Shown here piece by piece: positions 8,296-14,895 of a stretch of 14,895 bases of DNA. The DNA is from an uncultured Ruficoccus sp. GTDB lineage: Bacteria > Verrucomicrobiota > Verrucomicrobiia > Opitutales > Cerasicoccaceae. The DNA lies in assembly GCA_965140785.1 (NCBI GenBank), contig OZ223516.1:1-14895 (forward strand), in the 5' to 3' direction. The position numbers and the translations under genes were made by a program. The number at the start of each line of letters is the position of its first letter. Within the stretch, counting starts at the first letter, position 1. A model generated the notes under the pieces. The model ran no database searches. It was not told the DNA's origin and saw nothing but the letters and a program-made list of their open reading frames with translations.

Positions 8296-9129
8296 TCAGG
8301 CTGCCCGAACTGTGCCTGAAGGGCTCAAGGGGAGTCTCTGATCGGTTTCAGCCGCCAGATTGGGGTGCAGAATGAGCAACTCGCCGGAGGTCTTAGGCGA
8401 GGAATTTTTGCCCAAGCTGTAGCGGATCGACATCTCTCGATACGGCAACCCGGCAAAAACCTCCCGACAGGCCGGGGAATCGTCGCAGGTAAGCAGCCAT
8501 GTTGCCTTGAGTTTGTCCAGGCGCGTGCGGACTCTACGCATATCCTCCGGGGTGAACGGTTCGTAGGCGGTTTTACCGCAGGCGATGTAAGGCGGGTCCA
8601 GAAACATGAAGGTGCCGGGAGCATCGTAAAAGGTGACGACATCCTCCCAGTCCCGAGATTCGATCATAACGCGGGTCAGGCGCTTGGCCAGGGCATCGAT
8701 GAGTTTGCCATGACGTGCCGGGTCAAAGCCATGATAGTCCCGACGATCCCGACCCCAGGTTTCGCCTCTGGCCCCAAAACTTGAGACCTTGAGCCAGTAC
8801 CAGCGGGCAGCCCGCTGCAGGTCGGTAAAACCGGGGTTGGCCAGCAACTGCTTAAAATCTTCGCGGGCGTTGCCCAGCCAGGTGGCCAGTTCTGCCATCA
8901 GCGCGTCTCGATGCCATTTCACATAACGGTAGAAGGTCACCATATCCTTATTCAGGTCATTGATAACCTCCAGGCTGCAGGGCTGCTTGGCCAGCAGGAC
9001 GGCCGCCGCACCAGCAAAGGGCTCCACGTAGACGCGGTGCTCGGGGATGCACGGGAGAATATGCTTGAGGAGACGGCGCTTGCCCCCTGGGTGCGGGAAT
9101 GCGGGTTGAACAGGTTTAGGTGTATTCAT
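8296..9129 (-). CDS. DNA adenine methyltransferase, D12/Dam family (alpha class), prophage-encoded orphan
   Basis: FPHPGGKRRL, YVEPFAGAAAV (motif I), EVINDLN, IESRDW, FMFLDPPY (motif IV), WLLTCDD, ELLI. The start is placed at ATG 9129 (MNTPKP, 277 aa), 13 nt after the upstream gene's stop, rather than at 9183. Confidence 0.92.
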   Translation of the reverse strand: MNTPKPVQPAFPHPGGKRRLLKHILPCIPEHRVYVEPFAGAAAVLLAKQPCSLEVINDLNKDMVTFYRYVKWHRDALMAELATWLGNAREDFKQLLANPGFTDLQRAARWYWLKVSSFGARGETWGRDRRDYHGFDPARHGKLIDALAKRLTRVMIESRDWEDVVTFYDAPGTFMFLDPPYIACGKTAYEPFTPEDMRRVRTRLDKLKATWLLTCDDSPACREVFAGLPYREMSIRYSLGKNSSPKTSGELLILHPNLAAETDQRLPLSPSGTVRAA

Positions 9130-9142
9130 AAAAAACAGCTTG

Positions 9143-9514
9143 TTACCACTTTCCCACTGGGCATCGTTCGGTTGCCCAGCCAAGCTTTATCCGACTGCAA
9201 CCACACTTTTTGCAGCGCTTGTAACGAAAAACCGGATGGCGGTCACCGCCGTAAACGCAGGTCTCGCAGAGGGCGGCGATGCGCTGGACTTCCTCGCGGC
9301 TGCGCTTCGGGCAGCCTGCCGCCGACCATTTCAGCCAAGCGGCCGTGACGTTGCGGGCCTGCCGGGCGACGGAAGGGACCTTGACGGCGCTATTCGCGGG
9401 CCGGGCAGGCGAGCTTGCCTTGACCTGCGCCGGAGTGCTTTTACGGGGGCGGTTGGCCAGGTGGGCTTGCCAGGCTGACGAGTCGGCAGCCTGCTTGATG
9501 GGAGGCGGCTTCAT
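9143..9514 (-). CDS. Small basic Cys-rich protein, probable Zn-binding
   Basis: 123 aa. The C-terminus reads LCETC-x13-RCKKCGC-x11-CPVGKW and the N-terminus is low-complexity Pro/Ala/Lys/Arg. The start overlaps the upstream stop (ATGA). Confidence 0.75.
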   Translation of the reverse strand: MKPPPIKQAADSSAWQAHLANRPRKSTPAQVKASSPARPANSAVKVPSVARQARNVTAAWLKWSAAGCPKRSREEVQRIAALCETCVYGGDRHPVFRYKRCKKCGCSRIKLGWATERCPVGKW

Positions 9515-10581
9515 GGTATGACCCTTTCGATGCCCGCCCAGAGCAGGCTGTACTCCCAGCCCTGCACCGGATCAAGCGCGTAAGGTGTAGTGATGACGTC
9601 GTGATTCGCGGCGGTGGCGGTAAAGGTGTAGGAGGGGGAGTTGTGCATCGCCCAGTCGCCAGTCCAGTAACCCTCTTCCCGCGAATGGATAGCCTCGCGG
9701 CGAGCAATGAGCAGGGTGACCTTGTATGTTGCCCCCAGCAAGAGGCCGGAAGCGGACAGGGTAAACTCGCTGGAAGCATAGCTAAAGCTCGATACCTTAC
9801 CGGCGCGGGTTTGCCATATCGAGCCGATTCCGCGATCCTGCGCGACCGTAGCCAGATCAAAAGTCCCGTCCGCGAGCAAATTTAATCCCGGATACATAAA
9901 GACCGTGCCCCACGAAGCAGACATTGAAGTATCCGCGAGGGCTTGCGTCTCGGTGTATTCCTCGGAAAGCGTCAGCGTGAAGGCGCTGTCATGGAAGTAA
10001 CACTGACGAGTTGTGTGGGTGGCAGTGTCGCTGCCGTAGATGGTGCTGTTCGGCCTCAGGTAGACACTTATAGGGTACAGGTCGGCCTCGTCATGGCGGG
10101 TGAAGTCCATATCTTGCTCGACGCAGATATATTCGCCCGGCTTGTCCTCATAGGAACGCCACTCCCGCCTCAACCAACCAACCGTATAGCCGTGTCGGGT
10201 GTTCAGCAGGCCATACGGATAGTCAGCGCGGATGTCCGAGTAGACAATGTACTCATTGAAGGGGTTTCCGCAGTCTTCATGGTTATCCCAGCGTTCGGAG
10301 GCAATGGTGAAGCTACTTCCCTCAGCCCGTCGAAAATATCGGCTAGCCTCGGTCTCAGCCTCCACGGCGGGGACCAGCTCGCCAAAGCTGTAGCCACTCA
10401 GTTTGGCTAAGCCAGACTCACGGGTGTAGTGCACCTGAACGGTCGGGGTGTGGCAATGATGCGAGTAAGTTGTGAGAAGCGACTGTGAGGGGCGCTCGCC
10501 TCCGTTGAGGTAATCCAGGTAGGCGGAAAAGGCCGAGGCGGGCACGGCCTTGAGGCATTGGCTCAGCAGGACCAGGCTCAT
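9511..10581 (-). CDS. Hypothetical prophage protein, candidate tail-tip/receptor-binding protein
   Basis: 356-aa ORF with a GAGGAG RBS and ATGA coupling at both ends. It is Tyr/Thr/Ser-rich and beta-strand-like, and lies after the hub-like gene. Function is inferred from position only. Confidence 0.6.
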   Translation of the reverse strand: MSLVLLSQCLKAVPASAFSAYLDYLNGGERPSQSLLTTYSHHCHTPTVQVHYTRESGLAKLSGYSFGELVPAVEAETEASRYFRRAEGSSFTIASERWDNHEDCGNPFNEYIVYSDIRADYPYGLLNTRHGYTVGWLRREWRSYEDKPGEYICVEQDMDFTRHDEADLYPISVYLRPNSTIYGSDTATHTTRQCYFHDSAFTLTLSEEYTETQALADTSMSASWGTVFMYPGLNLLADGTFDLATVAQDRGIGSIWQTRAGKVSSFSYASSEFTLSASGLLLGATYKVTLLIARREAIHSREEGYWTGDWAMHNSPSYTFTATAANHDVITTPYALDPVQGWEYSLLWAGIERVIP

Positions 10582-10676
10582 ACGTCCATCTCCTCGCTTC
10601 CCAGGACAACCATAACCTTTTCAGCCCCTGTCTCTGTATCGAAACACGCGGCCAGGGTACGGAACTTGATGTTCAT
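10578..10676 (-). CDS. 32-aa frame MNIKFRTLAACFDTETGAEKVMVVLGSEEMDV: either a small coupled gene or the frameshifted C-terminus of the upstream protein
   Basis: It exactly fills the gap between the 545-aa and 356-aa ORFs, with ATGA overlaps at both ends. Adding one C to the CCCC run (plus-strand 10686-10689) fuses it to the upstream ORF as SLPFTPTSNMNIKFR. Confidence 0.5.
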   Translation of the reverse strand: MNIKFRTLAACFDTETGAEKVMVVLGSEEMDV

Positions 10677-12310
10677 GTTTGAGGTGGGGTGAAAGGCAGG
10701 CTGGCGAGGTCGACGGTGATGTTGTAGCCACTGGGATCGACGATGGTGTGTCGGCGGGGAGACCGATGGCCGGAGTTGTTGTTGGCCGTGCCGGTGCCGG
10801 GGGTTGTTGCGGTCGTGTCGTTTTCATCGCCTCCGGTCTTGAGCCAGGTGATAGCGGCAGTGCGTCCGCGCGAGGCACGCAGGAGCGACACCAGGTCACC
10901 GGCCGAAAGCATCGGTGTCGGCCCGAACTGGACGGTGGTGCTGCCGTTGGCAAGGTCTACGCTCGTTGCCTGGACCTGGGCCGGGCCGAAGAGCAGCCCG
11001 CCCGTCCGGTCATACACTCGGACGGACTTGCCGACGAGGTCCCAACGGCGTGCCACCTGGTCCACCACGGTGAAAGAACCCGACCAGTGGTCATGGTCGA
11101 GGGCCTCGAAGAGGCTTTGAGCCAGCCCGCCCGGCGTCGGCTCGCAGGGAGTTTCCGAGCCTACGGTCGAGTACTGGCCGGTCGGCTTGGAGGTGCCCCG
11201 CAATTCGAGGGCGAAGTCGCCGGTTTCCTTCACTCCGCCCACCTCGAATTCGAGGGTCGCCGAGACCTTGACCGTGCCGGACTCCCCGCCCATCCATTCG
11301 GCGTGCGCCCCCTCCAGGACCTCGCGGGAAACAGAGGAGGAGGGTTGCTCGATGCCCGAGGAAACAATATGGATTTTGTCCTGGGCAATCCCGGCCAACT
11401 CCGGCACGTGCTCACGCCACCACTGCTCCGAGGCGATGTCGATGGTTTCAGAGCGTAGGTACTGGCGCAGCCAGGAGACCTGAGCCCCGATGAGCGAGAC
11501 CGTCACCTCGAGCACGTTAAAGCCGGAGACATCTCCGGCCGTATCAGTAATGACCACTTCGGTCTGTTCGCCATCACTGGTGTCGATCCGCTCATACTGG
11601 ATGCTGACGCCGTCTTTGCGCACGTCGTCACGCTCGATGTACTCCAGGTTTTCCAAGACGTCCGTAGCCAGGGAGAAGTCCACCGTCGCCGCCGAGGCGG
11701 TACGGCTGATATTGACCGTGGGCCAGCCCTCCACATCCGCGTCGAACCAGACCACCGCATCGGGGAACCAGCGCAGGATACGGGTGACCACCTCGGCACA
11801 GGTCAGGTTTGCCACTTCCTCGGCGGGAATGCTCCCGGAGATGGCAGAGAGGTCGCCCATGGCGATGGGAGCCCCGGCCGCGATCACATAGTTGAAAACC
11901 GCCGCCAGTGTCGCGGCGGCACTCATTTTCGTGTCCTCCTGATCATAGGAGAGGACGGCGCGGGTCTTGTAGGCACCGGCTGAGGACCAGAACTCGCGGT
12001 AGACCTTGTTCTCCAGGTACCACCACGGCCCGGCCGCCTCGTAGGCGGTGGCGTGCGCCGGGCCAGTCGCCGAGCGGGGCACTTTGACGATGCGGCCGAA
12101 AAACTCACGACGAGGCCCGGAGGCGTCATTGCGGTAGAGCTCGAGCGTCTGGCCGGAGGCGAAAAGCGGCGGCCCCTTGTAGTCCGCCTCGACTTCCAGC
12201 CGGAGGGTATCCGGGCTCTGGTTGGCGCTCGCGCCGGTGGCCGCCGTGATTCCCCAGTCGGCCAGCGGTTTTTCAACGTCATTGTAGATGATCGTCCAGG
12301 TCTTATTCAT
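10673..12310 (-). CDS. Prophage tail protein, probable baseplate hub/Tal-like
   Basis: 545 aa (~577 aa if fused to 10578-10676), starting 5 nt after the tape measure stop. The N-terminal pattern DTLRLEV..FASGQTLELYR..FFGRIVKV..YEAAGPWWYLENK and the C-terminal QVQATSVDLANGSTTVQFG resemble gp27/gp44-like hub folds. Assigned by position and pattern. Confidence 0.6.
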   Translation of the reverse strand: MNKTWTIIYNDVEKPLADWGITAATGASANQSPDTLRLEVEADYKGPPLFASGQTLELYRNDASGPRREFFGRIVKVPRSATGPAHATAYEAAGPWWYLENKVYREFWSSAGAYKTRAVLSYDQEDTKMSAAATLAAVFNYVIAAGAPIAMGDLSAISGSIPAEEVANLTCAEVVTRILRWFPDAVVWFDADVEGWPTVNISRTASAATVDFSLATDVLENLEYIERDDVRKDGVSIQYERIDTSDGEQTEVVITDTAGDVSGFNVLEVTVSLIGAQVSWLRQYLRSETIDIASEQWWREHVPELAGIAQDKIHIVSSGIEQPSSSVSREVLEGAHAEWMGGESGTVKVSATLEFEVGGVKETGDFALELRGTSKPTGQYSTVGSETPCEPTPGGLAQSLFEALDHDHWSGSFTVVDQVARRWDLVGKSVRVYDRTGGLLFGPAQVQATSVDLANGSTTVQFGPTPMLSAGDLVSLLRASRGRTAAITWLKTGGDENDTTATTPGTGTANNNSGHRSPRRHTIVDPSGYNITVDLASLPFTPPQT

Positions 12311-12315
12311 GGCGG

Positions 12316-14895
12316 TTAATTGCGGAGGTCTTTGACTTGGGCCTCGACCGAGCGCAGGCGGGTGAAGACGGTTTCGAGTTTGTTTTTGCAGGTGCGGCCG
12401 AGCTGGTCGACGGCAGCGGCGGTGCGCTGCTCGACCAGTTCGAGCTGTGCGGCAGCCCCCTCGGCGGCGTGCGCGATCTTCTCTCCGGCAGGGTTGCCGG
12501 TCGCAGTCGGAGCGGTGGACGGCGCGGGCTCGGCCTGCGTCTGCGGCAGGCGTCCGCCGAGCTGTGCGCTGAGTGTCGCGGAAACTGAATACGGCCTCGG
12601 GGCAAAGGCATTGCGTCCCAGCATCCGGTCCTCAGCCGTGTCCATCCAGCCGGGCGTCATCCCGACCGAGGCCGCGCCGGTGCGGGTGTAGCTGGGCAGT
12701 CCCCGCCGTGCCCGTTCGGCCAGGGAGAGGTTTTTATTCTGCGCAGCCTGATCGGCTTGACCACCTTTCCCGCCAGCCCGGCTGCCGCCATCTTGGGCGG
12801 CGCGGGCCTTGTCTACCGCCAGGCGGCGCTGAGCCCAAACGGCTGCCTGCTGCTCACTCATGCCGGTCTTTTCCATGATTTCGGCGATGTCCTTTTTCAG
12901 GCGCAGCTCCTCCTCCCAGCGCTGGGCGAGTTTCTCGTGTCCGGCCAGCCGCGCCTGGTCGATGTTGTACTGGGCAATCATCAGGAGCAACGCCTCGCGT
13001 CGGGCGCGGGCTTCCTGCAGGCCGGAGCGGGCCTTCTCGGTCTCCAGGCGCTGCTGGGCGATTTCGGCAGCCTCGGCTTCAGACTTGCCGGTAGCCGCCA
13101 CGATCTCACGCGTCTCGCGGGCGAGCCGCAATTGATCCTCCAGCACCTCGGCCAGCGCCTCATTCCCGGCCAGCCGCGCCTGATCCGCCTGGAACTGCTT
13201 CTCGATCTGCTCCAGCGCAAAGGCCCGGTCGCGGGCCGACTGGTCCGATGAGGCCAGGCTATCACGGGTGGATTCGTATTTCTTCTGCGCCTGCATGAGG
13301 TCATTCCAGAGCTTATCCCGTATTTCAAATGACGCCGCTTCATCGGACGACATCTGCCCGGAATCGCGCAACGGTCTTTCCTTCTGCAACCGTTCCATCT
13401 CGGCCATCATGTCGGTGACGGGCTTGCCACCGTTGGCGGCGGCGTACTGTGCCTGGAGACGGGAGACCTCGCCTGCGAGCTGCTCGAGCTTCTTTTCATC
13501 GGGGGAGCGGTCCCACTGGTAGTCTTTCATTTCAGAAGCATAGCGCTCCCTGTTGGCTTCATAGTCTGCGAGTCGCTTCTGGATGGCGGCATTGCGTCGC
13601 TCCTCAGCCTCGGCCGCCGCCTTGACCTGCGTGTTGATCTTGACCAGCTCCCCGCCTTCCTGGTCGATGAGCTTGAGGCGGGCGCGGGCGGCCTGCTCGA
13701 TCATCTCGATCAGGGCGAGCGTGTCCTCACTGGCATCCTTCTTTTTGCGCTCGAGGGCTTCGAGCTGCTTTTCAGTGGCCGAGCGGACCTCGCCGAGTTG
13801 CTGGAGCGAGGTGGCACTGCGCAGTTGCTGGTTGAGCTCGTCATTTTGCCGGGCGAGGCTGTTCTCCAGTTTCTCCTGGGCATCGAGGCGGGCGATGGTC
13901 TTGTCCGCCCACCAGTCCGCTCCGGCCTTCACGGCGGTGGCGGCGAGGAGGGCCACGCCGATGGGGCCGCCGAGGAAGGCGGTAATGCCGCGCATGGAGG
14001 AGCTGAGGATGCCGCCGAGCCCGCGAAAGGCCCGCGTGAGCCTGCCGACCTGCGTGGTGGTCCTGGCCACGCGGGTCGCGTTTTTGGCCGCAAGGGTGGC
14101 AGCGGCCTTCTCCACACCGGTGCGGGCCACGGGGGAACCCATCCCCGAGAGATCGCGGGCCGTGCGCTGTCCGGCCGACAGGGTTTCTGTTTCGTTCGCG
14201 CCGACGACTGAGACGGCGTTGGCGGCCTTGGCGCGTGTGTTGGCCAGGGTGGCGGCCGTGTTGGCCGCAAGGCTGCGAGTGTCGACCTCGCGCACCTGGG
14301 TGGCCCGCGTGGTGGACGCGCTCTGGCGGTCCTGGTCCCGGATGTGCGCCAGGAGCGCCCGGCGCGAAACCCCCATGCGGCGAGCCGCCTCGGAAAGGGC
14401 TCGGTTAAAATCGGTCTGGGCACGGACAGCCTCCCAGGCGCGGGCTGCCAGGTCGGAAAACTTGCGGGCGGCCGTGATGAGGCCGATGGCCGTAAAGACC
14501 TTGGCCACGGCGATCAGCTCCGCATTCCAGCGGGCCATGACCTCCAGGCCCCCGTTGACGGCCGACATGAGCTTGCCGATCTGTTCGGCCACGTGCTCGA
14601 GGGCGGCGGTGTCCATCTCCTCCAGCGCATCGCCCAGGCTGCGGACGCTGCCGGTTGTCTCATCCAGATACGCCTGCCCGGCCCGGCCCAGCACCTGAGC
14701 GAGCAGATTATCAAGGCGAGCGCCCCGCGCCTTCGGCCGTGTTGCGTAGCTTGTCCAGTTCGCCGTCAAAGCGGGAAAGAGACGCGGACAGCTGTTCCCA
14801 GATTTCCGGCCCACTGGCTCCGGCTTTTTGCAGGGCGATTAACTCGGCCTTGGTCTCGCCGCTGATCGCCCCCATCTGAGCCAGTGCCATGAGCG
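12316..14895 (-). CDS. Phage tail tape measure protein (5' end beyond the window); +1 frameshift at 14723-14726
   Basis: A long Ala/Glu/Gln/Arg-rich helical protein with hydrophobic patches (FLGGPIGVALLAATAV). The upstream frame reads LMALAQMGAISGETKAELIALQKAGASGPEIWEQLSASLSRFDGELDKLRNTAEGA and stops at 14711. Removing one G of GGGG joins it to GARLDNLLAQVLG. The ORF-track start at 14814 is therefore an artefact. Confidence 0.82.
12800..13200 (-). repeat. Two-copy internal repeat with a 75-aa (225-nt) period in the tape measure protein
   Basis: DQARLAGNEALAEVLEDQLRLARETREIVAATGKSEAEAAEIAQQRLETEKAR versus DQARLAGHEKLAQRWEEELRLKKDIAEIMEKTGMSEQQAAVWAQRRLAVDKAR. The DNA ccggccagccgcgcctg occurs at 12941 and 13166. 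Confidence 0.85.

Larger units (their letters stand above)
8197..14895 (-). mobile_element. Distal (tail/late) end of a prophage, probably Mu-like/transposable; continues beyond the window
   Basis: A tightly packed co-directional run of tape measure, hub-like, unknown, Cys-rich and DNA adenine methylase genes, followed by a TG-initiated repeat end. There is no integrase, tRNA or att-like context at this junction. No transposase is visible in the window. Confidence 0.75.

Noticed and set aside
9111..9120. Another CAGGTTTAG at the start of the methylase gene as a third transposase site
   Set aside because: It lacks the following A-run, lies ~900 bp from the end inside coding sequence, and a match this short is expected by chance.
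8296..9129. Methylase as part of a restriction-modification or other defence system
   Set aside because: No endonuclease or specificity gene is adjacent, and it is the last gene of a phage late operon. The GATC specificity implied by the name dam cannot be shown from sequence, so no symbol is given.
9130..9183. ORF-track N-terminal extension of the methylase (MAGQPNDAQW...)
   Set aside because: It overlaps the conserved-looking Cys-rich C-terminus of the upstream gene, and the ATG at 9129 gives a normal family N-terminus.
293..14698. Long plus-strand ORFs (e.g. 293..1258, 1450..2307, 2326..4080, 4830..5633, 6704..7531, 10679..11458, 13583..14698)
   Set aside because: They are antisense shadows of well-supported minus-strand genes in high-GC DNA and have no recognisable motifs.

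Overview
Every credible gene in this window is on the minus strand, and the window has two parts. Host part (1-~8196), in transcription order: a WcaJ-like priming polyprenyl-phosphate sugar transferase; a STAS anti-sigma-factor antagonist with an intrinsic terminator; then a Wsp-like chemosensory cluster with two tandem Cache-domain MCPs, a CheW (WspB-like) and a CheR with a probable TPR tail (WspC-like). The CheR runs off the window and is missing from the ORF track. Prophage part (~8197-14895): the distal late region of a tailed prophage, with a tape measure protein, a hub/Tal-like protein, a 356-aa unknown protein, a Cys-rich small protein and a Dam-family DNA adenine methyltransferase. About 100 bp after the methyltransferase is what looks like a Mu-type transposable-phage end: TGTAATG, two tandem ~21-bp imperfect repeats, and a flanking TTCAC that fits the Mu N-Y-S-R-N target consensus. 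If that reading is right, the phage sits ~100 bp upstream of the sugar-transferase start codon. Three genes (both MCPs and the tape measure), and possibly the hub gene, are split by single-base indels in short G/C runs, most simply sequencing errors. All calls come from motif recognition by eye; no database search was run.
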